Made by a program: the position numbers and the translations under genes. The notes under the pieces are model-generated. The model saw only the letters and a program-made list of their open reading frames with translations. It made no database searches and was not told the DNA's origin. DNA of 64,000 nt from Mycobacteriales bacterium (GTDB taxonomy: Bacteria > Actinomycetota > Actinomycetes > Mycobacteriales > QHCD01): positions 817 through 64,816 of the forward strand of contig DATAVB010000086.1 in assembly GCA_036267955.1 (NCBI GenBank). The letters run 5' to 3'. Shown in pieces: positions 17,079-25,364 of this stretch (positions within the stretch are counted from its first letter, which is position 1; every line of letters begins with the position of its first letter).

Positions 17079-17202
17079 CTGCCAGTCGACGTTCGCAGTC
17101 GCGCACGCTGTCGCTGAACCTGGTCGATTGTCGGCGTGAGGTAGCCTTCATTCGGCGCATGGACGATGATGTCTGTCGTCTCGGTCAGCCGATGGAGGGC
17201 GT

Positions 17203-19776
17203 GTGCGTTCGCGACTGAGCCTTCGGCGATTGTGGACCCGGCACGCCGGGCGTGCTCGGTGGTGCCTGTACGGTGCGCCGGCGGTGGCTGCCGCGGCAAT
17301 CTGGTGGCTGTTCGCGTTCGACGGTCCGGTCGGCAATTGGACCGCGATCATTCTGGTCACGGCCGGATCTGTTGTCGCCGAGCGCACACAACTGTTCATC
17401 GTTGTGCGCAAACAAACTGTTGCGCTCTCGGTAAACGATATTCCGCTGACCGTGGGGCTGCTGGCCCTGTCGCCGCTTTCGCTGCTGATATCCCGGGTGG
17501 TGGCGAAATGCGTGATCCTCGTGCTGCGCCGACCCGGCACCGGAAAGTCCGTCTTCAACCTGGGCGTCGAGGCGCTCGAGGTCGCGGTCGCGGCAACCGT
17601 CGCGCACTCCCTGTCGACCCTGCATTCAGTGCAGGAGCCGGCGACCTGGGGTGCGATCTTCGTTGGCGTCGCCGCCGCGGATGTCACGAGCGCGGCGCTC
17701 GTCGCATTGGCGATCAGGGTGACAGAAGTGCACCTGGACCGCCGGCAGGTCGCATCGCTCTTCGTGCCGGCCTTTGTCGTCGGCCTCATCGACACGACGC
17801 TCGGCCTGGTGGGCGTGCTGGTCATGTCGGTCAATCGGTGGGCGGGCAGCCTGCTGGTCCTCGTAATCGTGGTGTTCTATTTCGCTCACCGCGCATACGG
17901 CAGGTTCCTGGCGCAGCACGAACGACTCGAACAGGTCTATGCATTCAGCCGTCGGGTCGAAGCCTCCCGGCCCGAGCCTGAGGCCATTGGCCCATTGCTC
18001 GAATTCATTCGCGAGACCCTCAATGCGCGCGAAGTCACACTGATTCTGGCGCTCGGCGATCCTGACGAAGGCGATCCAACCGAGGAGACGCCCCTCAGAA
18101 TTGTCACCGTGGGTACAGATGGCAAACCGGAATGGACGCAGACGGTAGTGGCCGGCGAACCGCTGCGCCAGGTGGTATTCGCCGACGGGCGGAGCCGGCT
18201 GGTGTCCACCCGGAGTGGCCACATCGACCAACTGTGGGCCGATGCGATGGTCGCGCGGAATGCCACCGAGGTGATTCTCGCGCCATTGCGTACCCACGAC
18301 CGGGTCTGGGGAGTGGTCGAGGCGACCGATCGGCAGGTGAAATTCGCCGCCTTCACCCCTGAGGAGGTTCGGCTGCTCGACAACCTGGCGCGCCACCTCG
18401 CGGCCGCCGTGGAGAACCAGGGCTTGGTGGAACGGCTGCGCCTGCAGGCCTTTACCGATCCGCTCACCGGAATGCCGAACCGGGTGCGGTTCGAGGCCGA
18501 TGTCACCGAGGCGCTCGAGGCCGCCGAGCCGGAGGATCTCCTGGGAATCGCGGTGTTCGGCGTGGACGCGGTCAAGTCGGTCAACGACACTCTCGGGCAC
18601 GAAGCCGGTGACCAGCTGGTGACAGCTGTCGCGACCCGGCTGACGTCACTGGCTGGTGAGACGGTCCGGGTCGCCCGGATCGGTGGCAACGCGTTCGCTC
18701 TCCTGCTGCACGACTCAGATCTCGCCGCGCTGCAGGAGCAACTGCGACTGTGGCACGAGCGGCTGCATCCGCCCTGCCCGGCCGGCGACGTGACGATCGA
18801 GCTCGCACTTTCCGGTGGTCTCGCGGTCGCGCCGATTCACGGCTCCAATGCCGCGGAGTTGTTGCAGCGGGCCACGGTGGCGCTGGAGTCGGCCCGCAAC
18901 ACCGGCCAGCCGGTGGTCAGCTACGTCGCCGCCATGGAGCACGGCAGCCTGCGCCGCCTGCAGTTGGCCACCGACCTGCGTGCCGCGCTGTCGGACAATC
19001 AGCTGCGGCTGCACTATCAGCCCAAGGTGGCCCTGGACGGCAATGCGGTCGTCGGGGTCGAGGCGCTGTTGCGCTGGGAGCATCCCGAATACGGCAATGT
19101 CCCGCCGGACGAGTTCATCCCGCTGGCCGAGCGCACCGGACTGATCGGGCCGCTGACCACCTTTGTTCTCGGTACGGCGCTGCGCCAGTGCCGCAGCTGG
19201 CTGGAGCGCGACCTGCGGATCGGGGTGGCGGTCAACCTCTCGGTCCGCAGCCTGCTCGATCCTGAGCTGGTCCCGCGCATCTCGACCTTGCTGGCCGAGA
19301 TCGACGTGCCGTCGGAACTGTTGACGTTGGAGATCACCGAGGGAACGGTGATGGCCGACCCGGACCGGGCGCTGCCCGTGCTGCACCGGCTGCGTGGGCT
19401 CGGGATACAGCTGGCCGTCGACGACTTCGGCACCGGGTATTCCTCACTGGCGTACCTGCGGCACCTGCCCGTCGACGACGTGAAGATCGACAAGGCCTTC
19501 GTACTCGGAATGGGCACCGGCGAGGAAGATCTGGCAATCGTGCGGGCGATCGTCGAGCTGTGCCACAGCCTCCGGTTCACCGTGGTCGCGGAGGGGGTCG
19601 AGGACGAGCTGACCCGCGATCTGCTGCGGGGCATGGGATGCGACGCCGTACAGGGTTATCTGGTCAGTCGACCGCTGCCGACGGACCGGTTCGACGCCTG
19701 GCACGACACCTGGTTGGCGGCGCACGAGGAGCGGCCGGAGACGGTGCGCCGGTTGCACGTCTCGGGCGGCTCCTGA
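17203..19776 (+). CDS. Membrane-anchored GAF-GGDEF(degenerate)-EAL protein, probable c-di-GMP phosphodiesterase
   Basis: A GTG start follows a GGAGGG RBS. The N-terminal 220 aa are multi-TM, followed by a GAF-like region. The GGDEF site reads RIGGNAF. The EAL motifs EALLRWEHP, NLS, EITE, DDFGTGYSS, KIDKAFV, EGVE and QGY are intact. Confidence 0.9.
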   Translation: MRSRLSLRRLWTRHAGRARWCLYGAPAVAAAAIWWLFAFDGPVGNWTAIILVTAGSVVAERTQLFIVVRKQTVALSVNDIPLTVGLLALSPLSLLISRVVAKCVILVLRRPGTGKSVFNLGVEALEVAVAATVAHSLSTLHSVQEPATWGAIFVGVAAADVTSAALVALAIRVTEVHLDRRQVASLFVPAFVVGLIDTTLGLVGVLVMSVNRWAGSLLVLVIVVFYFAHRAYGRFLAQHERLEQVYAFSRRVEASRPEPEAIGPLLEFIRETLNAREVTLILALGDPDEGDPTEETPLRIVTVGTDGKPEWTQTVVAGEPLRQVVFADGRSRLVSTRSGHIDQLWADAMVARNATEVILAPLRTHDRVWGVVEATDRQVKFAAFTPEEVRLLDNLARHLAAAVENQGLVERLRLQAFTDPLTGMPNRVRFEADVTEALEAAEPEDLLGIAVFGVDAVKSVNDTLGHEAGDQLVTAVATRLTSLAGETVRVARIGGNAFALLLHDSDLAALQEQLRLWHERLHPPCPAGDVTIELALSGGLAVAPIHGSNAAELLQRATVALESARNTGQPVVSYVAAMEHGSLRRLQLATDLRAALSDNQLRLHYQPKVALDGNAVVGVEALLRWEHPEYGNVPPDEFIPLAERTGLIGPLTTFVLGTALRQCRSWLERDLRIGVAVNLSVRSLLDPELVPRISTLLAEIDVPSELLTLEITEGTVMADPDRALPVLHRLRGLGIQLAVDDFGTGYSSLAYLRHLPVDDVKIDKAFVLGMGTGEEDLAIVRAIVELCHSLRFTVVAEGVEDELTRDLLRGMGCDAVQGYLVSRPLPTDRFDAWHDTWLAAHEERPETVRRLHVSGGS

Positions 19777-19845
19777 CCCACCCGGGACCGGTTTTCTCCC
19801 GGCCCGGTGCGCCGTGTACCCTCACAGGGCCTGGTTACGGGCAAT

Positions 19846-19918
19846 GCCCTCTTAGCTCAGTCGGCAGAGCGTCTCCATGGTAAGGAGAAGGTCTAGGGTT
19901 CGATTCCCTAAGAGGGCT
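19846..19918 (+). tRNA. tRNA-Thr (anticodon GGT)
   Basis: It folds by hand as a cloverleaf with acceptor GCCCTCT/AGAGGGC, anticodon stem TCTCC/GGAGA, loop ATGGTAA and T-arm TAGGG-TTCGATT-CCCTA. Confidence 0.9.
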
Positions 19919-19948
19919 CGACGGCGCCAGGACCCGGGTGCCGCCCGA

Positions 19949-20025
19949 GGCGGAGTAGCTCAGTCTGGCAGAGCAAGCGGCTCATAATCGCTGTGTCGCC
20001 GGTTCAAGTCCGGCCTCCGCTACCA
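19949..20025 (+). tRNA. tRNA-Met (anticodon CAT, elongator type; an Ile-lysidine identity is not excluded)
   Basis: The cloverleaf has anticodon loop CTCATAA, T-loop TTCAAGT and an encoded 3' CCA. Confidence 0.85.
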
Positions 20026-20109
20026 CGCTGACGTGACGGCTGCGCCGCCGTCAGTTATCGTTGCAGATCGTTCACCCGTACCACCACTTCCCGCGAAAGG
20101 CATGCCGCT

Positions 20110-20274
20110 GTGGCCGCCACCGATATCCGTCCGAAGGTCACGCTGGCCTGCGAGGTGTGCAAGAACCGCAACTACATCACCCGGAAGAACCGGCGCAACG
20201 ACCCGGACCGCCTGGAGATGAAGAAGTTCTGCGCCAACTGCGGCAAGCACCAGGCGCACCGCGAGACCCGCTGA
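20110..20274 (+). CDS. rpmG: 50S ribosomal protein L33
   Basis: My translation from the GTG is (M)[53 protein letters not shown]. At 54 aa it is missing from the ORF track. Its position after tRNA-Thr/Met is the conserved one. Confidence 0.9.
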   Translation: MAATDIRPKVTLACEVCKNRNYITRKNRRNDPDRLEMKKFCANCGKHQAHRETR

Positions 20275-20285
20275 CCTGACCGCCG

Positions 20286-20732
20286 GTGGCTCTCGACGCG
20301 ACCTTCATCGGACGCAGCTATCCGCCGACCGAGCCGTACGAGGTCGGCCGCGCCAAGATCGCCGAGTTCGCCGACGCGGTCGGCGACCCCAACCCGATCT
20401 ACCGGGACGCCGCGGCGGCCCGGGCGGTCGGGCACGACGACGTGATCGCGCCGCCGACCTTTGCGTTCCTGTTCACCTTCCGCGCCGCGCGCGCGTTGAT
20501 CGACGACCCGGCGCTCGGGCTCGATTATTCGCGGGTGGTGCACGGCGAGCAGCGGTTCGTCTACGACCGACCGGTGCGGGCCGGCGACCAGCTCGTCACC
20601 ACGGTCACCGTGGAGAACATCCGGACCGCCGCCGGCAACGACATGGTCACCAGCCGCAGCGACGTCAGCACCATCGACGGCGAGCACGTTCTGACCGCCT
20701 ATTCGACGCTGGTCGCCCGGGGGACCGCCTGA
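20286..20732 (+). CDS. MaoC-like hydratase/dehydratase subunit (HadA-like)
   Basis: It has the N-terminal hot-dog sequence YEVGRAKIAEFADAVGDPNPIYRD. Its position after rpmG is conserved in actinobacteria. Confidence 0.75.
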   Translation: MALDATFIGRSYPPTEPYEVGRAKIAEFADAVGDPNPIYRDAAAARAVGHDDVIAPPTFAFLFTFRAARALIDDPALGLDYSRVVHGEQRFVYDRPVRAGDQLVTTVTVENIRTAAGNDMVTSRSDVSTIDGEHVLTAYSTLVARGTA

Positions 20733-21148
20733 TGCCGTCGTACGACAGCGTGTCCGTCGGCGACGAACTGCCGACCACCACTTTCCCCATTGACCGCGCC
20801 ACGTTGGTCCGGTACGCCGGGGCCTCGCTGGACTTCAACCCGATTCATTGGAACGAGCGGTTCGCCACCTCGGTCGGCCTGCCGGACGTCATCGCGCACG
20901 GGATGCTCACCATGGCCGAGGCGGTCCGGGTCGTGACCGACTGGACCGGCGATCCGGGCGCCATCGTCGAGTACGGCGTGCGGTTCTCCCGGCCGGTCGT
21001 GGTGCCGCACGACACCGGCGCTGAATTAACCGTCACCGGGAAGGTGACTGACAAGCGGGACGACGGCACGGTCGTTGTCACCCTGACCGCCCGCAGCGGC
21101 GACGTGAAGGTGCTGGCAATGGCCCGTGCCACCGTACGACTGGGCTAA
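20732..21148 (+). CDS. MaoC-like (R)-specific dehydratase subunit (HadB-like)
   Basis: The hydratase motif DFNPIHWNERFATSVGLPDVIAHGMLT is present. The ATG overlaps the preceding stop. Confidence 0.8.
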   Translation: MPSYDSVSVGDELPTTTFPIDRATLVRYAGASLDFNPIHWNERFATSVGLPDVIAHGMLTMAEAVRVVTDWTGDPGAIVEYGVRFSRPVVVPHDTGAELTVTGKVTDKRDDGTVVVTLTARSGDVKVLAMARATVRLG

Positions 21149-21267
21149 CGACCGGCGTGATTGGCAAAATCTCGTTGGGTTGACTTGTGGCGCACGCCAC
21201 AACTGTTGATCATCGTCGGCGCCACTCCGGCTCGCCGCGCTCCACCACCCAGGAGGGTGATCGCCCG

Positions 21268-21480
21268 ATGGTCAACATTGACAAAGCAGTCGACAAGGCC
21301 TAGGAGACGAAGTCGATCAAGGACATCCTGGCCGCGCCGCCATCGGCGCTGGCGGGATTGACCGAGAAGCATGACGAGGTGTTGGCTTCGCTCGGCGTGA
21401 AAACGGTGGAGCAACTGGGCTCCTGGAAGTACGCCGAGGTGGCGCGCTCGCTGGTGGCACTGGCCAAGCACGAGGCCTGA
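21268..21480 (+). pseudogene. Small ORF (70 codons) interrupted by an in-frame TAG at codon 12; pseudogene, recoding or sequence error
   Basis: The translation is MVNIDKAVDKA-TAG-ETKSIKDILAAPPSALAGLTEKHDEVLASLGVKTVEQLGSWKYAEVARSLVALAKHEA*. An AGGAGG RBS precedes the ATG. GC3-rich coding signal starts immediately after the TAG, with no ATG or GTG before the TTG at 21358. Confidence 0.4.
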
Positions 21481-21650
21481 GACACGGCCGTGGAGCGCGG
21501 CGGGCAGCCGCGATTGGAGTCCCGCCGCGCTCCTGCGTACACTGCCCAAAGCCGGGGTCCGTTTGACCCTGTCTGTTGCTGCGCTGGTGACGGACGGTCG
21601 TACGCTCGGTGGTGGGTCGCGTTGGAGTTCGATGCAATGTGGCGTGCCGA

Positions 21651-21723
<73 letters not shown>

Positions 21724-21775
21724 CAATTCAGCTTCACCGAACAGCACCAGATCAGCACCGACGAGAGAGGACGCC

Positions 21776-22027
21776 GTGACGCAGACCCGGTCGGACGCGA
21801 CAAGCCCGTCGTCGCGCGCCGCCAGCAATCGCCGCGGCTCCCCGCCGGCCCGGTTGGCACGGTTCTTCCGCGAAGTCGTCGCCGAGCTGACCAAGGTGAT
21901 CTGGCCGAGCCGGTCGGATCTGATCACGTACACGCTTGTCGTGATCGTCTTCGTGGCGATCATGATCGCGATCGTTGCCGGACTCGACGTCGGTTTCGCC
22001 AAGGCCGTCGTTTCGGTCTTCGGCTAG
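21776..22027 (+). CDS. secE: Preprotein translocase subunit SecE
   Basis: A GTG start follows the RBS GAGAGAGGA. The C-terminal sequence ARFFREVVAELTKVIWPSRSDLITYTLVVIVFVAIMIAIVAGLD is typical of SecE. Confidence 0.85.
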   Translation: MTQTRSDATSPSSRAASNRRGSPPARLARFFREVVAELTKVIWPSRSDLITYTLVVIVFVAIMIAIVAGLDVGFAKAVVSVFG

Positions 22028-22074
22028 GTCGGCACCACCCGGTCATAACAGTGCACCACCGATTCCAGTAGCAG

Positions 22075-22926
22075 GTGAGGGAAGTGAGCCAGGGCGTGCC
22101 CGAGATCGATGAGGCCGGCACTGTGCAGGACACGGAGCTGACCGCCGACGAGCACACCGACGTGGCTGCGCAGGACACGGTGTCCGGTGCCGGCGATGCC
22201 ACGTCGCCGGAGACCGAGGTGGACTCGGCGGCCGCGGCAGATGTCGCCGAGCCGGCTGACACTGCTGAGCCGGCCGACAGTGCTGAGCCGGCTGACACTG
22301 CTGAGCCGGCCGAGGACGAACCGGTCGACCCGAGCAGCGAGCTGCGGGCGGCCCTGCGCGCGGCTCCCGGCGACTGGTACGTGGTGCACTCCTACGCCGG
22401 GTACGAGAACAAAGTGAAAGCCAACCTGGAGAACCGGATCTCCTCACTCGACATGGAGGACTTCATCTTCCAGATCGAGGTCCCGACCGAGGAGGTCACC
22501 GAGATCAAGAACGGGAAGCGCCAGCAGGTGCAGCGCAAGGTCTTCCCGGGCTACATCCTGGTGCGGATGGATCTCAACGACGAGTCGTGGGGTGCGGTTC
22601 GCAACACCCCGGGTGTCACCGGATTCGTCGGTGCCACCTCCCGGCCGTCACCGCTGAGTCTGGATGAGGTCGTCCGCATCCTGGCGCCGGCGAGCACCGA
22701 GCCGACCGCCGCAGGCGGCGGCGGTGGCCGATCCAAGCAGGCCCAGGTTGCCGTCGTCGACTTCGAGGTCGGCGAGTCGGTGACCGTGATGGACGGTCCG
22801 TTCGCCACGCTGCCGGCCACGATCAACGAGATCGATGCCGAGCACCAGAAACTCAAGGTGCTGGTCTCGATCTTCGGCCGCGAGACTCCGGTCGAGCTGT
22901 CCTTCGGGCAGGTCTCCAAGCTCTGA
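22075..22926 (+). CDS. nusG: Transcription termination/antitermination factor NusG with acidic N-terminal extension
   Basis: The NGN domain ([14 protein letters not shown] ... FPGYILVRM) and KOW domain ([18 protein letters not shown]) are present. The start is either GTG 22075 or GTG 22084. Confidence 0.95.
   Translation: MREVSQGVPEIDEAGTVQDTELTADEHTDVAAQDTVSGAGDATSPETEVDSAAAADVAEPADTAEPADSAEPADTAEPAEDEPVDPSSELRAALRAAPGDWYVVHSYAGYENKVKANLENRISSLDMEDFIFQIEVPTEEVTEIKNGKRQQVQRKVFPGYILVRMDLNDESWGAVRNTPGVTGFVGATSRPSPLSLDEVVRILAPASTEPTAAGGGGGRSKQAQVAVVDFEVGESVTVMDGPFATLPATINEIDAEHQKLKVLVSIFGRETPVELSFGQVSKL
22246..22317 (+). repeat. 18-nt in-frame tandem repeat x4 (AEPAD[T/S]) in the NusG N-terminal extension
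   Basis: The units are gccgagccggctgacact, gctgagccggccgacagt, gctgagccggctgacact and gctgagccggccgaggac. Confidence 0.85.
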
Positions 22927-22978
22927 GCCGTTCCACCCGCACCAACCCAGCAACCAACCCAGCAACTCAGGAAGTCAC

Positions 22979-23410
22979 ATGCCTCCCAAGAAGAAACTCT
23001 CCGCGATCATCAAGCTGCAGATCCAGGCCGGTGCAGCGACGCCGGCGCCGCCGGTCGGTCCGGCGCTGGGTCAGCACGGCGTGAACATCATGGAGTTCTG
23101 CAAGGCCTACAACGCCGCCACCGAAGCGCAGCGCGGCAATGTGGTGCCGGTCGAGATCTCCGTGTACGAGGACCGCTCGTTCACGTTCATCACCAAGACC
23201 CCGCCGGCAGCGCGGCTGCTGCTGAAGGCCGCCGGCGTGGACAAGGGCAGTGGTGAGCCGCACAAGACCAAGGTGGCCACCGTGACCCGCGACCAGGTCC
23301 GCGAGATTGCGCAGAGCAAGATCGAGGATCTCAACGCCAACGATCTGGACGCGGCCGAGAAGATCATCGCCGGCACCGCCCGTTCGATGGGAATCACCGT
23401 CCAGGGCTAA
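22979..23410 (+). CDS. rplK: 50S ribosomal protein L11
   Basis: The sequence begins [45 protein letters not shown]... Confidence 0.95.
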   Translation: MPPKKKLSAIIKLQIQAGAATPAPPVGPALGQHGVNIMEFCKAYNAATEAQRGNVVPVEISVYEDRSFTFITKTPPAARLLLKAAGVDKGSGEPHKTKVATVTRDQVREIAQSKIEDLNANDLDAAEKIIAGTARSMGITVQG

Positions 23411-23539
23411 ACCCCCCTTTGCGCCAACGTGGCTTTGGGGCAATCTAGCCGCCCCAACGGCACATTGGCGCAAACCCGTGGGAGGGTGCGGCGCCACGAG
23501 CGCGCTGGCCCGCCATACCACCTGACAGGAGTACGAAAG

Positions 23540-24259
23540 ATGAAGCGCAGCAAGGCATATCGCAAGGCGGCGGAGCTGATCGACGCGGACGCGTTGTACG
23601 CGCCGCTGGACGCCGTGAAGCTCGCCAAGGAGACCTCCACCACCAAGTACGACGCCACCGTCGAGGTCGCTATGCGGCTGGGCGTCGACCCACGCAAGTC
23701 CGACCAGATGGTCCGCGGCACGGTCAACCTGCCGCACGGCACCGGCAAGACGGCCCGGGTGATCGTCTTCGCGACCGGAGACAAGGCCGCTGAGGCCGAG
23801 GCCGCCGGCGCGGACGTGGTCGGCTCGGACGACCTGGTGGAGCAGATCCAGGGCGGCTTTCTGGACTTCGATGCCGCCATCGCAACGCCGGATCAGATGG
23901 CCAAGGTTGGCCGGGTGGCACGGGTGCTGGGCCCGCGTGGCCTGATGCCCAACCCCAAGACCGGCACGGTCACCCAGGACGTCGGCAAGGCGATCTCCGA
24001 CATCAAGGGCGGCAAAATCAACTTCCGGATCGACAAGCAGGCCAACCTGCACCTGGTGATCGGCAAGGCCAGCTTCGAGGCCGACAAGCTCGCCGAGAAC
24101 TATGCCGCCGCGCTGGATGAGGTGCTGCGGGCCAAGCCGTCGTCGTCGAAGGGCAAGTACCTGAAGAAGGTCACCTTCGCCACCACGATGGGTCCCGGCA
24201 TCCAGGTCGACCCCAACCGGACCCGCAACGTCGCCGCTGCGGAGGACGTACAGGCCTGA
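23540..24259 (+). CDS. rplA: 50S ribosomal protein L1
   Basis: The sequence runs [20 protein letters not shown] ... [11 protein letters not shown] ... [15 protein letters not shown]. Confidence 0.95.
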   Translation: MKRSKAYRKAAELIDADALYAPLDAVKLAKETSTTKYDATVEVAMRLGVDPRKSDQMVRGTVNLPHGTGKTARVIVFATGDKAAEAEAAGADVVGSDDLVEQIQGGFLDFDAAIATPDQMAKVGRVARVLGPRGLMPNPKTGTVTQDVGKAISDIKGGKINFRIDKQANLHLVIGKASFEADKLAENYAAALDEVLRAKPSSSKGKYLKKVTFATTMGPGIQVDPNRTRNVAAAEDVQA

Positions 24260-24272
24260 GCCAGACCGCCTG

Positions 24273-24307
24273 ACGGCCCCTTACATCCACCGGATGTACG
24301 GGGCCGT
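24273..24307 (+). terminator. Hairpin after rplA
   Basis: A 16-bp stem with one mismatch (acggccccttacatcc/ggatgtacggggccgt) has a 3-nt loop. Confidence 0.55.
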
Positions 24308-24333
24308 TCGCGTTCGGGGGGCCGCCAGCCGAC

Positions 24334-24389
24334 CATGATCGTGAGTGGATTTGATACCTGCAGAGGTACCAAATCCACTCACGATCATG
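24334..24389. repeat. Palindromic extragenic element, copy 1 (26-bp stem, CATGATCGTGA...TCACGATCATG termini)
   Basis: The sequence is catgatcgtgagtggatttgatacct-gcag-aggtaccaaatccactcacgatcatg, with one mismatch. It shares its termini and the GGWACCAAA core with the element at 25227-25283. Confidence 0.8.
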
Positions 24390-24433
24390 TGGAAGATGAG
24401 AACGGGTGGGGCGGGGAGCGGTGGGCTGGAATT

Positions 24434-25153
24434 TCACGCACGGCCGGCGGATTGCCTGAGTCGGGCCCGCACCGCTTCGGTGGTTACGTCGGCGGCGCGC
24501 AGTATCTCCGCGGCGATACCGGTGTTTTCGGCGAGGATGCCGAGCAACAGATGCTCGGTGTCGACCCAGGTGTCGCCCAGATAGAGCGACTGCCGGGTCG
24601 CCAATTCGACTGCTTTCTTGGCTTTCGGGGTGAACGGGACGCGCTCCGGTGTCTCGGGACTCGCCGGGGCGAGCCGATCCACGATCCGCTGCCGGAATTC
24701 GTCGATACCCAGGCCACTCGTTTCGGCAATGACCTGGGCGCCGAGACCGGCATCGATATCGCATACCCCGAGCAGTAGATGTTCAGTGCCGATGTAATCG
24801 TGCTGAAAATGAATCGCGTTTTCCTGGGCGGCGACAATGGCCCGCCGGGCCAGGTGGGTATAGCGGCGAAAGACACTGGCTGCCTCCGTTGCGGGCTGCT
24901 CCGGCACATCCGCCGGCGCGAATCGCTTGCGTGCAGCCTGTTTCGTGACGCCGATGCGTTGGCCGATCTGCGTCCAGGAATAACCGTGCGTGCGAGCCTG
25001 ATCGACGAAATGGCCAATGAGATGGTCGCCGATTTCATTTAAATCGACTGCCGTGGAACAGGCTTGATCGAGATAGGCCAGTACGTCGCCTTCCGGTTGG
25101 CTGTCGATGACTTGCGTGATGAGGGTGTCCAATTGGACGGGCAGGGTCTCCAT
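24434..25153 (-). CDS. HTH-containing Clp N-terminal (Clp_N repeat) domain protein
   Basis: An HTH is present (GYSWTQIGQRIGVTKQAARKRF). Two Clp_N repeats follow (ARRAIVAAQENAIHFQHDYIGTEHLLLGV and AKKAVELATRQSLYLGDTWVDTEHLLLGIL). The start was set at METLPVQL, consistent with a leaderless promoter; M1 or M9 of the track ORF remain possible. Confidence 0.75.
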   Translation of the reverse strand: METLPVQLDTLITQVIDSQPEGDVLAYLDQACSTAVDLNEIGDHLIGHFVDQARTHGYSWTQIGQRIGVTKQAARKRFAPADVPEQPATEAASVFRRYTHLARRAIVAAQENAIHFQHDYIGTEHLLLGVCDIDAGLGAQVIAETSGLGIDEFRQRIVDRLAPASPETPERVPFTPKAKKAVELATRQSLYLGDTWVDTEHLLLGILAENTGIAAEILRAADVTTEAVRARLRQSAGRA

Positions 25154-25154
25154 G

Positions 25155-25203
25155 TCGACAACCATAGGTTGTCGATCCAGCTTCGACAACCTTTAGTTGT
25201 CGA
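25155..25203 (-). promoter_or_regulatory. Two 9-3-9 palindromic operators (TCGACAACC-N3-GGTTGTCGA) overlapping a putative leaderless promoter
   Basis: The sites lie at 25155-25175 (perfect) and 25183-25203 (one mismatch), with centres 28 bp apart. On the minus strand I read TTGTCG-17nt-TATGGT-7nt-ATG(25153). Confidence 0.55.
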
Positions 25204-25226
25204 CACACTCTCTCGGCTGGGTAAAT

Positions 25227-25283
25227 CCATGATCGTGATCGGTGGTTGGGGCTATAGGAACCAAAAACCGATCACGATCATGG
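25227..25283. repeat. Palindromic extragenic element, copy 2 (same family as 24334-24389)
   Basis: The sequence is ccatgatcgtgatcggtggttgg...ccaaaaaccgatcacgatcatgg. The outer arms are 17-bp perfect and the inner pairs are interrupted. Confidence 0.8.
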
Positions 25284-25364
25284 AACGGGCGGGGCGGGCC
25301 GGATCCCGTGGGCGGGGACGGCGGAACGGGCGGTGCCGGGCCTGACAGCTCGGCCGGTGTTGGG

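Noticed and set aside
16828-17160. 110-aa minus-strand ORF containing NRHCQQ-type repeats
   Set aside because: It is the antisense reading of the DGSSWYSVAG repeat ORF. The substitutions between repeat units are synonymous in the plus-strand frame but not in this frame, and it has no RBS.
21301-21303. In-frame TAG as a pyrrolysine codon
   Set aside because: No pylTSBCD genes are in the window, and Pyl decoding is not established in this phylum. A pseudogene, an error or generic readthrough are more parsimonious. It cannot be fully excluded without the whole genome.
21161-21361. 66-aa plus-strand ORF after the HadB-like gene
   Set aside because: It gives an Arg/Pro-rich translation with no RBS. 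It overlaps, in another frame, the better-supported small ORF starting at 21268.
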